From Ferroacidibacillus organovorans (GTDB taxonomy: Bacteria; Bacillota; Bacilli; Alicyclobacillales; SLC66), in the NCBI RefSeq assembly GCF_001642725.1, contig NZ_LSUQ01000003.1, forward strand, positions 62,001-126,000: a stretch of DNA of 64,000 nucleotides. Reading direction: 5' to 3'. Positions 1 through 9,342 of this stretch are shown in pieces. Every line of letters begins with the position of its first letter. Within the stretch, counting starts at the first letter, position 1. The notes below the pieces were generated by a model. The model was given only the letters and a program-made list of their open reading frames with translations. It made no database searches and was not told the DNA's origin. The position numbers were made by a program, and so were the translations under genes.

Positions 1-806
1 ACATCGACGACGATCAGACTACCTGAAAAAGGTGTGCGCTCATGCGCTTGGAGCAGGGATTTCCAGGCGTGCCGATTCTCGATTCCGGTGAGGCCATCTG
101 TCCATGCCGATTTTTGAAGCGATTTAACCTTGTTGTAGTCATTGATCGCACCAAAGATGCCCACTTGAATCGCACTTGTCAAAAAGACGGCGATCATGGG
201 GAATTGTCGGGAGAGCAGTGCGCCCATGAAGACGAGTAGATAAGAGTTTAGATAGCCCCAATGCAGCTCCTTAACTGTGAGACGGAGTTGATCAAGAATG
301 GAGCGCTCTTCACGTTTGGCGACGATCATGGCAGAGATGAAACGGTTGATGAGCAAATGCAGCATCAGTGTCGTCAAGATGGAGATGAAAAGCGCAGGGG
401 ATGAGCCGCCCAGGCGGTTTTGAAGGTATGAATAGGCGCTCGCGCTAATGAAGAGGCCAAGCGCCACATGGGCAAACGTTTCCAAGTATTTTGTAAAGCG
501 GCTGTGCGCCCGTGCAGTGATCCAAATCAATCCTGGCAAAGGGATTAACATGGCGAGTTCTCGCGGCAGCGTATAGATACCAAGCATCAACAGCGGAATG
601 CCTGGTCGCCACGAGGCACCGCTTGGCATGCGAATCGACCAAGGCGCGAGCATTGTGCAGAGAACACTGATTTCGATCATGAGCAGCGCATTGTGGTACG
701 TCAAATGATGAAAGAGAAAAACAATGCTGAAGAGAAGGAGCACATTTCCAAACAGAGTAAGGAGAAAAAGGACGAGATGTAATGGCCGTTTGGCGAGCGT
801 GATCAT
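1..806 (-). CDS. Membrane-bound diguanylate cyclase (multi-TM N-terminus plus start of a GGDEF domain), 3' end outside the window
   Basis: Manually translated open frame from ATG 806 (MITLAKRPLHLVLFLLTLFG..., several hydrophobic segments) ending ...SAWTDGLTGIENRHAW...GSLIVVD at the edge; D-x-L-T-G-x-x-N-R is the usual start of a GGDEF domain. Not in the ORF track because no stop is reached. Confidence 0.8.
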   Translation of the reverse strand, partial: MITLAKRPLHLVLFLLTLFGNVLLLFSIVFLFHHLTYHNALLMIEISVLCTMLAPWSIRMPSGASWRPGIPLLMLGIYTLPRELAMLIPLPGLIWITARAHSRFTKYLETFAHVALGLFISASAYSYLQNRLGGSSPALFISILTTLMLHLLINRFISAMIVAKREERSILDQLRLTVKELHWGYLNSYLLVFMGALLSRQFPMIAVFLTSAIQVGIFGAINDYNKVKSLQKSAWTDGLTGIENRHAWKSLLQAHERTPFSGSLIVVD

Positions 807-920
807 GATGGACACCGTCCAAAACAGAAGTTACTCCCTTTATACCTTAAGCCTACCTGGGAAACAAGCGATTGCATACTAGAATCAGGGAAGGCGCGCG
901 GCCCACCCAGGTAAATGTTA

Positions 921-2477
921 TCAAAAAACTTTTGTGGTGAACTGCTCACCATTCCACACAGCAGTGACGAGCGTTTCATAAAAATCAGGCTCGTGACTGA
1001 TCAATAGAATGCTCCCCCGATACGCGCGCAACGCTTGATAGAGAGAGGCTTTAGCGTCCACGTCAAGATGGTTCGTTGGCTCATCGAGCAGGAGGAGGTT
1101 GCTCGGTTTGTTCATCAGCTTGCAGAGGCGCACTTTCGCTTTTTCGCCCCCGCTCAAAACGCGCACCTGACTCTCAATGTGTTTGGTCGTCAGTCCGCAC
1201 TTGGCGAGTGCGGCGCGAATCTCATGCTGTCCCATGTGCGGAAACGCTTCCCAAACCTCTTCGATACACGTTCGTGTGTTGTGTTCATCCGCTTCTTGCT
1301 CGAAGTATCCAATGTGCAAATAATCGCCTCGCTCTACGTCTCCCGAAAACGCAGGAATCATTCCGAGCAAGCTCTTTAACAGCGTCGTCTTGCCGATGCC
1401 GTTGGCGCCGACGAGCGCAATCTTTTGACCGCGCTCCATGCGCAGATCGAGCGGTTTTGAGAGCGCCGAATCGTAGCCGATGACCAAGTCACGCGTTTCA
1501 AAAATTGTCTTGTCGGATGTGCGCGCCTCAAGAAAGGAGAACTGTGGCTTTGGTTTTTCCTTTTCGAGTTCAATCACGTCCATCTTGTCCAGTTTCTTTT
1601 GGCGTGACATGGCCATGTTGCGCGTTGATACGCGCGCCTTGTTGCGGGCGACAAAATCTTCTAATTCGGCAATTTCCTGCTGTTGGCGTTTGAAGGCAGA
1701 CTCCTGTTGCTGTTTTTTCATCTCAAACGCCTGCAAAAAGTTGTCATAGTTTCCGACATAGCGGTTTAACTCGCGATTGTGCATGTGATAGATAAGGTTG
1801 ATCACCTGATTGAGAAATGGGATATCGTGTGAGATGAGAATGAATGCATTTTCGTAATTCTGAAGATAGCGCGTCAACCAAGCGATATGCTCTACATCAA
1901 GGTAGTTCGTCGGTTCATCAAGCAGCAAGATATCCGGTTTCTCGAGAAGCAGTTTGGCAAGCAGGACTTTTGTGCGTTGACCGCCGCTCATCTCGTCGAC
2001 AGCCTTTTGCAGGATCGTCTCATCAAAACCGAGTCCGCGCGCGACTTCGTCGATCTTGATGTCGATGAGGTAGAAGTCTTGTGCCGTGAGTTGATCCTGA
2101 AGGGCGCCTGCCTCCTCAAGCAGAGCATCCATGGCGTCCGGATCCTGCTCTGAGAGTGTTTCATAGATTTGGTTGATGCGCGCCTCCGCGTCGAACAGGT
2201 ATTGATACGCACTGCGCATGACATCGCGGAGTGTCATGCCGCGCGCTAAGGCGGCGTGCTGGTCGAGGTAGCCGACGCGCACGTTTTTTGACCACTCGAT
2301 CACGCCTTCATCCGGTTCCAGCTTTCGGGTAATGATGTTCATGAAGGTGGATTTTCCTTCGCCATTCGCGCCGATCAACCCGATGTGTTCTCCTTTTAAC
2401 AGCCGAAAGGATACATGATCAAAGATTGCGCGATCGCCAAATCCGTGGGTTAAGTTTTGAACGGTTAGGATGCTCAC
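921..2477 (-). CDS. yfmM: ABC-F family ATPase (YfmM-like translation factor)
   Basis: Two NBDs (GANGEGKST, GANGIGKTT; SGGQ/SGGE; LLDEPTN twice), no TM segments, linker FVARNKARVSTRNMAMSRQKKL as in B. subtilis YfmM; GTG start 2477 after AAAGGA. Confidence 0.9.
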   Translation of the reverse strand: MSILTVQNLTHGFGDRAIFDHVSFRLLKGEHIGLIGANGEGKSTFMNIITRKLEPDEGVIEWSKNVRVGYLDQHAALARGMTLRDVMRSAYQYLFDAEARINQIYETLSEQDPDAMDALLEEAGALQDQLTAQDFYLIDIKIDEVARGLGFDETILQKAVDEMSGGQRTKVLLAKLLLEKPDILLLDEPTNYLDVEHIAWLTRYLQNYENAFILISHDIPFLNQVINLIYHMHNRELNRYVGNYDNFLQAFEMKKQQQESAFKRQQQEIAELEDFVARNKARVSTRNMAMSRQKKLDKMDVIELEKEKPKPQFSFLEARTSDKTIFETRDLVIGYDSALSKPLDLRMERGQKIALVGANGIGKTTLLKSLLGMIPAFSGDVERGDYLHIGYFEQEADEHNTRTCIEEVWEAFPHMGQHEIRAALAKCGLTTKHIESQVRVLSGGEKAKVRLCKLMNKPSNLLLLDEPTNHLDVDAKASLYQALRAYRGSILLISHEPDFYETLVTAVWNGEQFTTKVF

Positions 2478-2665
2478 AAATTCCATTCCTTTTTCAAGTT
2501 GTCTGGTTTTCCGTTTCGAGTATAGACGATCTTTCTCCGTGATCCTAGTATTGGTTTTCTGGCCGCGCTGTGCATTGTCTACCTATATGTTGTGATAAGA
2601 TAGAGGGGACTGTAAATTTCAAAGTTTTTATGCATCCTTTATGTGGAAGTGTCAGGTGATCGATC

Positions 2666-3865
2666 ATGGCAAAGCGGCAGGGTTCCGGTGGAATGATTTT
2701 TGCGGCCAGCGTGCTGACCGTCGTTGCACTGGGAACGTTTGCGTATAAAATGGCTCCGTCTTTTCAACAAGGATTTAATCAATTTTTTGGGTTATCAAGT
2801 GGCGTGACAAGCCACAATTTGGCGATCACAAACAGTGCGAATACGAATCCAAGCGTTGACTCGGGCTCTGGGCTATCAAGGACAAAAGCACCCAATTTTA
2901 CGCTTACAGACCAGTTTGGCGCGCGCGTTTCTCTCACTGATTTTCGCGGGAAAGTGATCATCATGGCGTTTGTCGACAGCACGTGCACAAACATTTGCCC
3001 TCTCACGACAGCGAGCATGCTAGCTGCCGTTCGGCAACTCGGTGTGGCTGCTTCAGATGTGCAGTTGCTCGGGGTCAACGCCAATCCGATCAACACGTCC
3101 GTTGCGGACGTGCGGGCGTACTCCGAGGCGCACGGCCTGATGAATCACTGGTTGTTTTTGACTGGCTCGAAGCAGCAATTGAGCAAGGTCTGGCAATCGT
3201 ATCACATGTATTCAGGGATCGTAAATGGTCAGATTGATCATACGGCGGGACTCTTTGTGATTGATCAAAGAGGAAGAGAGCGAAAACTCTATTTGACACA
3301 GATGTCCTATGCGGGAACCGCCGCGCAAGGACAGATTCTGGCAAACGAAGTGGCGACACTGTTGCCAAAAGGATCTGCAAATCTACACAAGCCTGTTCAG
3401 CTTCCACCGCTCACGCCGACACTGCCTGGGCAACTCGTTTCAGTCAACGGCAAAAGCGGTGGGTCGACGGTGCAAGGGCAATCTGCACAGGTCGCAAACA
3501 AGGCTCACTTGCTCATGTTTTTTGGCACATGGCTAACGCCGACTGCAACGGTACGCGCGTCACTGCTCGCGTTGAATCAGTACGCCAGCGATGCCAAAAA
3601 ACATGGATGGCCGCAGCCGATGCTTGTCGATGAGGCCGCAACTGAAGGATCGCCAAACGCGTTGAGAACCTATGTAAGCACGTTGCCGACGCTGCATTAT
3701 CCTGCGGTGATCGACGTGACAGGTGAGGCGGCTGACGCGGTCACCGCGCAGGATTTACCGTGGATTGCGCTTGTGAACGCGCAAGGTAAAGTGCTCTACA
3801 CGCATGACGGTTTCCTGCCGCTCAAAACGCTTGAACAACAAATTGCGAAACACGTTCGCTCTTGA
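2666..3865 (+). CDS. SCO1/SenC-family copper chaperone with an N-terminal membrane anchor and an extra C-terminal thioredoxin-like domain
   Basis: APNFTLTDQFG, CxxxC (CTNIC) and distal His (IDHTA); C-terminal region reads LLMFFGTWLTP...LPWIALVNAQGKVLY, TlpA-like but without Cys. Confidence 0.8.
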   Translation: MAKRQGSGGMIFAASVLTVVALGTFAYKMAPSFQQGFNQFFGLSSGVTSHNLAITNSANTNPSVDSGSGLSRTKAPNFTLTDQFGARVSLTDFRGKVIIMAFVDSTCTNICPLTTASMLAAVRQLGVAASDVQLLGVNANPINTSVADVRAYSEAHGLMNHWLFLTGSKQQLSKVWQSYHMYSGIVNGQIDHTAGLFVIDQRGRERKLYLTQMSYAGTAAQGQILANEVATLLPKGSANLHKPVQLPPLTPTLPGQLVSVNGKSGGSTVQGQSAQVANKAHLLMFFGTWLTPTATVRASLLALNQYASDAKKHGWPQPMLVDEAATEGSPNALRTYVSTLPTLHYPAVIDVTGEAADAVTAQDLPWIALVNAQGKVLYTHDGFLPLKTLEQQIAKHVRS

Positions 3866-3901
3866 GGCGAAACACGTTCGCTCCTGAGGCGAAACACGTT
3901 C
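3845..3901 (+). repeat. 22-bp tandem repeat, about 2.6 copies, across the SCO stop codon
   Basis: GCGAAACACGTTCGCTCTTGAG / GCGAAACACGTTCGCTCCTGAG / GCGAAACACGTTC. Confidence 0.9.
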
Positions 3902-3931
3902 ATCGAATCATGTGAGGATGAGAGGTGAAGT

Positions 3932-4828
3932 ATGAGCCTGAGTGTCGAAGGTGTGACAAAGCGGTTTGGTGCAGAGTGCGCTGTGGAGAATCTATCATTT
4001 ACCGCGCGCTCTGGAGAGCCATTTGCGCTTCTCGGGAGCAATGGCGCCGGCAAGACGACAACCATTCGCATGATACTAGGGCTTTATCCAGTTGACCAGG
4101 GTCATATCCGATGGAATGGTGAACGGCTTACGCGCAAACGCGTCAAGATCGGCTATTTGCCAGAAGAGCGGGGGCTCTATCCTAAAAGTACAGTGATCGA
4201 ACAATTGACATACTTTGGTGTCTTGCGCGACATGTCGGCGCGCGCTGCGGTGACGTCCGCAGAATCCTTGCTTGAACGCCTTCAGATGATCGAACACAAA
4301 GGCAAGAGGGTCGAAGAGCTGTCGAAGGGCAATCAACAAAAGATACAATTAGCGGCTACGCTGATCAATGATCCTGATTTGATCATCCTTGATGAGCCGT
4401 TTAGTGGGCTCGATCCGCTGAACGCAGAGATGTTGCGCGACGTGGTAACGCACTATGCAAAAAAAGGACGCGTCATTCTCTTTTCGAGCCACCAGATGGA
4501 TTCCGTCGAAAATTTGTGTCGCGATATGGTCATTTTGAGGCAAGGTAAAACGATGGTGCGCGGTACGATTCGCGATGTAAAAAAGGCGTATGGGCGAACG
4601 AGGTTGCTCGTCACGGCAGAAGAGGACGTTGTCACGAGACTGCGCGTGGACGGTGTGGTATCGATTGAACAAGCTGCGAATGGGATCCATCTCACATTGA
4701 CGGATGAGGCTGTGGCGCTGCGCGTGTTTAAGATCCTCGCAGATCACAATGTATTCGTATCCCGCTTTGAACTGCAGGAGCCTACCTTGCGAGAGATTTT
4801 TATTGAGAAGGTGGGTGGGGGTACATGA
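3932..4828 (+). CDS. ABC-2 exporter ATP-binding protein (YhaQ/NatA-like)
   Basis: GSNGAGKTT, LSKGNQQ signature variant, ILDEPFSGLDP, C-terminal EPTLREIF. Confidence 0.85.
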   Translation: MSLSVEGVTKRFGAECAVENLSFTARSGEPFALLGSNGAGKTTTIRMILGLYPVDQGHIRWNGERLTRKRVKIGYLPEERGLYPKSTVIEQLTYFGVLRDMSARAAVTSAESLLERLQMIEHKGKRVEELSKGNQQKIQLAATLINDPDLIILDEPFSGLDPLNAEMLRDVVTHYAKKGRVILFSSHQMDSVENLCRDMVILRQGKTMVRGTIRDVKKAYGRTRLLVTAEEDVVTRLRVDGVVSIEQAANGIHLTLTDEAVALRVFKILADHNVFVSRFELQEPTLREIFIEKVGGGT

Positions 4829-6054
4829 GATCATTTCTAACGGTGATTTCATTCACGTATCGCCAGGCAACGCGATTGCGCAGTTTTCGGATCAGCACGC
4901 TCCTGCTCTTGGTCTTGGTTGTCGCGGGAATCGTCATTCCAAGTATTCTAGCCAAACGCGCTGCCGAAAGGGCTCCTGTGAATCGCATTGTCATTTTGTA
5001 CGATCGTCAAGCGCCCATTCCGGTTCAGACGGGTGTGATGAATCAAATCTTTGGTGGGGCGTTCGAAATATCAACGGGCACGCTCGCGCAAAAATCAGAG
5101 GATCTAAAGGCACTGCATGACGGGAAACTCAGTGGTGTCATCGTACTCTCAGGTTCACAACGGTATCCTTATGTGGTAAACTATCCTACAAAAGGTGCGA
5201 CGGCGTATTGGCCCGCGCTTTTGGCGTATTTCCAGGAAATGCACAGCGTTCAAGCGCTAAAACACGCAGGTCTCAGTGCTTCTGTGATTCGGTCGGCACT
5301 AGGTCCTCTTACGCATGAACAGGTCTCCATTCCGTCTTCCGCGCAACCTTTTCACTCCACTCACTACGTTACGACGTATGCGCTAGAGTTTGCGATTTAC
5401 ATGTTTGTGCTCCTTTATGGGATGAATATTATGATGTCTGTCGCGTCTGAGAAAAGCTCGCGCGTTCAAGAATTGCTGATCAGCAGCGTACCAACGACGC
5501 CGCTGATGTTTGGAAAACTTGTCGGAACATGTCTCGTCGGGTTAACGCAGTTTGTGCTGCTTCTCGCCGCGGGATTTGCGACGAATCAGATGGTGGGGGG
5601 TATTCCTTCTTTCCATCTCGCGAGAATTTTGACACCTGAAATCTTCATGCTTTTTGTTCTCCTCTTCATGTTGGGGTATTTCCAGTACGCTACGCTTTAC
5701 GCGGCGGCGGCGTCGCTTGTGAGCCGTGTGGAAGAGGTGTCGGCAAGCGCGCAACCCTTTACAACGTTATTTGTGCTCTCCTTTGTGGCTGGATTGTTTA
5801 CACTGCAAATGCCAAACGCACAGTGGGCCACAATTCTTTCCTTTGTTCCACTCTTTGCGCCGACGGTTTTGTTTGCGCGTGTCGGCATGGCAACCGTCCC
5901 CGTGTGGCAAGTTGTCGTGTCTGTCAGTCTCTTACTGACTTCCACCATTGTGACTGGTGTGGTGGCCGCAAACGTTTATCGAATGGGTGTCATGTTTTAT
6001 GGCAAACGTCCCAGTTTCAGACAAGTCCTTGGCTGGCTTCGCCAGTCGCGTTGA
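4825..6054 (+). CDS. ABC-2 exporter permease (YhaP/NatB-like)
   Basis: ATGA overlap with the ATPase; 1 TM, large loop, then multiple TMs; EKSSRVQELLISS motif. Confidence 0.85.
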   Translation: MRSFLTVISFTYRQATRLRSFRISTLLLLVLVVAGIVIPSILAKRAAERAPVNRIVILYDRQAPIPVQTGVMNQIFGGAFEISTGTLAQKSEDLKALHDGKLSGVIVLSGSQRYPYVVNYPTKGATAYWPALLAYFQEMHSVQALKHAGLSASVIRSALGPLTHEQVSIPSSAQPFHSTHYVTTYALEFAIYMFVLLYGMNIMMSVASEKSSRVQELLISSVPTTPLMFGKLVGTCLVGLTQFVLLLAAGFATNQMVGGIPSFHLARILTPEIFMLFVLLFMLGYFQYATLYAAAASLVSRVEEVSASAQPFTTLFVLSFVAGLFTLQMPNAQWATILSFVPLFAPTVLFARVGMATVPVWQVVVSVSLLLTSTIVTGVVAANVYRMGVMFYGKRPSFRQVLGWLRQSR

Positions 6055-6186
6055 GCCTGAATGCTTGCTCCTGTCCGAGAAAGCAAAACACGTTGGGATC
6101 GTGTATGATGTCAAAATAGATGGTTGATTCGGATGAGTTGCTTTTGAAGGGTTGCAGATGCATTCAAAACCATGGGGGGTATTCCT

Positions 6187-6417
6187 TTGTATTTTCGAAA
6201 AGAAGCGGCTGAAGAAGTCATCCAAGAGGTTACCTCAGTCTGGCTTTGTACAAAAGACTCGTGCAATGGTTGGATGCGTGACAATTTTGCGTTTGATGAA
6301 AGCCCGGAATGTGGTCTGTGCCATTCTCCGATGGTCAAGGATACAAAGCTTTTGCCTCAACTCCAGAATTCGAATATGGACATGAAGGCGAGCAAGCGCG
6401 GTGTAAAAATCAATTGA
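6187..6417 (+). CDS. YdjO-family (cold-inducible) small zinc-ribbon protein
   Basis: VWLCTKDSCNGWMRDNF...PECGLCHSPM pattern; TTG start after a GGGGG RBS. Confidence 0.75.
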   Translation: MYFRKEAAEEVIQEVTSVWLCTKDSCNGWMRDNFAFDESPECGLCHSPMVKDTKLLPQLQNSNMDMKASKRGVKIN

Positions 6418-6452
6418 AGAATGCGAACAATTCGTTTGCTCGATTTTACAAT

Positions 6453-6492
6453 AAAGGAGATCCGGGCGCCGTTATGCGCAAGGATCTCCTTT
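6453..6492 (+). terminator. Stem-loop, probable terminator
   Basis: AAAGGAGATCC...GGATCTCCTTT inverted repeat downstream of the YdjO-like gene. Confidence 0.55.
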
Positions 6493-6636
6493 CATCTTCC
6501 GTTTCAGCCCTCTCTAACAGGTTTATGGGTTGTGGATCGCGAATCTTACGAAACGATGCTAGCATGTGGAAATAGAGAGATCGAGGGAATGCTTTAAATT
6601 TGGCAACGCTTTGCCGGTTTGGAAAAGGTGTGTTGG

Positions 6637-8064
6637 ATGGACGCTCAAAAGCGATGGATCGCATTTTCAGCCGTAACGGCATCAACCTTCATGGTCAATC
6701 TCGACAGCAGCATCGTCAACGTCGCGCTGCCGACGCTTTCCCGCGAGTTTCACCTCTCCGTTGGCGCACTGCAGTGGACGGTGAGTTTGTATTTACTTGT
6801 TATCACGGCTTTCTTGCCTGTCGCATCGAAGCTCGCAGACGCATTAGGTCGGCGCCGCGTGTTTGTCACTGGCCTCACCATTTTTGTCGCGAGTTCAATG
6901 CTATGCGGAATCTCTCACCAGTTTGACCTGCTCGTGTTCGCGCGCGGTCTGCAAGGGCTTGGCGGAGCCATCATGCAGGCGAGTGTCATGGCGATTGTCA
7001 CGCTCATGTTTCCCGCAGAGCAGCGCGGAAGGGCACTCGGCGTGATCGGCAGCATCGTCGCAGGCGGCACGCTGATGGGTCCTATTCTCGGAGGTCTGCT
7101 CATTGCAGCCTTTGGTTGGCCGAGCATTTTCTTTGTCAATGTGCCGGTAGGAATCTGGGCTATTTTTGGCACGCTTCGCTTCGTTCCCAATTTTCCCGGA
7201 AAACCGCTCACGCACACATTTGACTGGTTTGGCGGCGTGCTTTTCGCTGTCTTTACCGTCACTGCGCTAACGCTTTTGGCTGATCTCTCAGGAACACCTG
7301 AACTTTGGCGGGAGCTTGGTTTAGCGGTTACCTCGCTGCTCTCCCTCGTACTCTTCATACGCTGGGAACTCGCTCGACCCGAACCGCTCATCCATCTTCC
7401 GGTGTTTAAAAACAGAGGATTTTCAGTCGCCATGGGCGCGGGACTCATTTACTGGATTCTCATGCTCTTTCCATCGTATCTCTTTCCAATTTATTTTGGC
7501 CGCGTGCTACACATGCACGCACTGCAAATCGGCCTCATGATGATGCCGCTTTCTGTCAGCATGTTGGTGGTATCGCCCCTTGGCGGGTATCTCTCGGATC
7601 ATGTCGGCACGTTCAAACCAGCGTTGTTCGGCATGCTACTCTTTCTCATCGCAGACGCAGTGAGCGCGACCTTGCGGGCAAATACTCCGCTTTTACTGGT
7701 CGCCGTTGTATTAGCGCTTCAAGGCGCCGCCGCAGGTCTTTTTAGCTCGCCAAACAACACGGAAATCTTCTCCCACTCTGAGCCATCTCAGGTCGGGATC
7801 ATCAGTGGCTTGATTGCGTCGGAGCGAAACTTTGGGAGATCGCTCGGCGTGACGCTCTCCTCGTTTGCACTCTCTCTCGGCATTTCCATGGCGGGTGGGG
7901 CGCATGCCTCCGTTGAGATCGCGCGCGTGCCCACGTCTGTTTTCTCGTCCGGTTTTTCACTCGCTTGGGGGATTGCCACGCTGTTTTGCGTCCTAAACGT
8001 TGTGCTCGTGATCTTACCCTTTGCAGCAAAACGAAGACACAGGCGGGAGTCAAACGCATTGTAA
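6637..8064 (+). CDS. MFS drug:H+ antiporter (DHA2, 14 TM)
   Basis: LDSSIVNVALP, LADALGRRR motif A, RGLQGLGGA, WPSIFFVNVPVG. Confidence 0.9.
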   Translation: MDAQKRWIAFSAVTASTFMVNLDSSIVNVALPTLSREFHLSVGALQWTVSLYLLVITAFLPVASKLADALGRRRVFVTGLTIFVASSMLCGISHQFDLLVFARGLQGLGGAIMQASVMAIVTLMFPAEQRGRALGVIGSIVAGGTLMGPILGGLLIAAFGWPSIFFVNVPVGIWAIFGTLRFVPNFPGKPLTHTFDWFGGVLFAVFTVTALTLLADLSGTPELWRELGLAVTSLLSLVLFIRWELARPEPLIHLPVFKNRGFSVAMGAGLIYWILMLFPSYLFPIYFGRVLHMHALQIGLMMMPLSVSMLVVSPLGGYLSDHVGTFKPALFGMLLFLIADAVSATLRANTPLLLVAVVLALQGAAAGLFSSPNNTEIFSHSEPSQVGIISGLIASERNFGRSLGVTLSSFALSLGISMAGGAHASVEIARVPTSVFSSGFSLAWGIATLFCVLNVVLVILPFAAKRRHRRESNAL

Positions 8065-8082
8065 AGTGAAGGGGTGAAGCTC

Positions 8083-9342
8083 GTGCGCATTCTCCACACG
8101 GCAGATTGGCATTTTGGAAAGACGCTTGATGGTCGCGATCGCATCGCAGAACAGCAGCGTGTGATTCGCGAGATGGCTGAGATTTGCCGCGCTGAAGCGA
8201 TCGACGTTGTCCTGATGGCGGGCGACGTGTTTCAGACGGTCAATCCGAGTGCGCAGGCAGAGCAGTTGTACTACGAGGCGCTTGCGTCACTCTCCGATGG
8301 CGGGAAACGCGGTTTGATCGTGATTGCGGGAAATCACGACAACCCGGAGCGTATCGCGGCCGCCCGCCCACTCGCAGAACCGCGCGGCATCACGCTGTTG
8401 GGGCTGCCAAAGAGCGCGGCGGATGCGACGGAGAAACGGAGTGGACAGGCGTATCGCGTGCGCGGCGGGGTGGGGCATTTGGAGTTGGCGCTTCCTGCGA
8501 CGCGCGAAACGCTCATGATGCTCGCGCTGCCGTATCCATCCGAGTCAAGGATCAGCGAGGTACTGTCTGAGGTGCTTGATGAACGTGTGATGCGCGAACA
8601 GTACAATGCTCGCTTGCGGCGCTGGTTTGAAGAGCGCGCAGCGCATTTTCGCGATGACACGGTGAACATCGCGATGAGCCATCTCTATCTCCGCGGGGGC
8701 GTCGAGTCAGAGTCAGAGGTGCAAATTCAAATCGGCGGCGCTTACGCGGTTGACGCCAGCGTTTTTCCCGACACAGCGCAGTATGTGGCGCTCGGGCATC
8801 TTCATCGACCGCAAGATGTGGGCGGCGCGCGCATGCCGATTCGCTATGCCGGGTCACCGCTTGCATACAGTTTTTCAGAGGCGTCGCAAGAGAAATCGGT
8901 CACGATCCTGGAGGTACATCCGGGTCAACCGGCGGTGATCAAAACGGTGCCGCTGCACAGTGGTCGTCCGCTTGTTCGCTGGGTTGCGCCAGAAGGACTT
9001 CGTCAGGTGTACTCGTGGATTGACGAGGGACGGGATCGGGATGCGTATATCGATCTGGCAGTTCACGTCCACAGTGGACTTGAGTTTGAAGAGATTCATC
9101 GCTTGCGAGCGCTGCATGAAGGCATCGTACAGATTCGACCGATTCTTATGCACAACGGATCTGAGCAGATGCTAAAGGATGAAGGGAACCGCGCGACGCG
9201 CTCGCTTGAGGAGCACTTTGCGCAATTCTATTTTGAGCGCAATGGCGTACCGCCGGATGACGCGCTGGTGCGGCTTTTTCTGGCGCTTGCCAGTGAGACG
9301 CGCGACGCCGACAGGATTCAGGAAGGGGAGGCGTCTGCGTGA
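8083..9342 (+). CDS. sbcD: Nuclease SbcCD subunit D
   Basis: HTADWH, AGDVF, AGNHD, MSHL, ALGHLH metallophosphoesterase motifs; coupled to sbcC. Confidence 0.93.
   Translation: MRILHTADWHFGKTLDGRDRIAEQQRVIREMAEICRAEAIDVVLMAGDVFQTVNPSAQAEQLYYEALASLSDGGKRGLIVIAGNHDNPERIAAARPLAEPRGITLLGLPKSAADATEKRSGQAYRVRGGVGHLELALPATRETLMMLALPYPSESRISEVLSEVLDERVMREQYNARLRRWFEERAAHFRDDTVNIAMSHLYLRGGVESESEVQIQIGGAYAVDASVFPDTAQYVALGHLHRPQDVGGARMPIRYAGSPLAYSFSEASQEKSVTILEVHPGQPAVIKTVPLHSGRPLVRWVAPEGLRQVYSWIDEGRDRDAYIDLAVHVHSGLEFEEIHRLRALHEGIVQIRPILMHNGSEQMLKDEGNRATRSLEEHFAQFYFERNGVPPDDALVRLFLALASETRDADRIQEGEASA

Noticed and set aside
445..822. 125-aa minus-strand ORF from the track
   Set aside because: Wrong frame; the overlapping frame from 806 gives a coherent membrane plus GGDEF protein.
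3845..3901. CRISPR array or LexA (Cheo) boxes
   Set aside because: Units are directly adjacent with no spacers and no cas genes; GAAACACGTTC does not fit GAAC-N4-GTTC.
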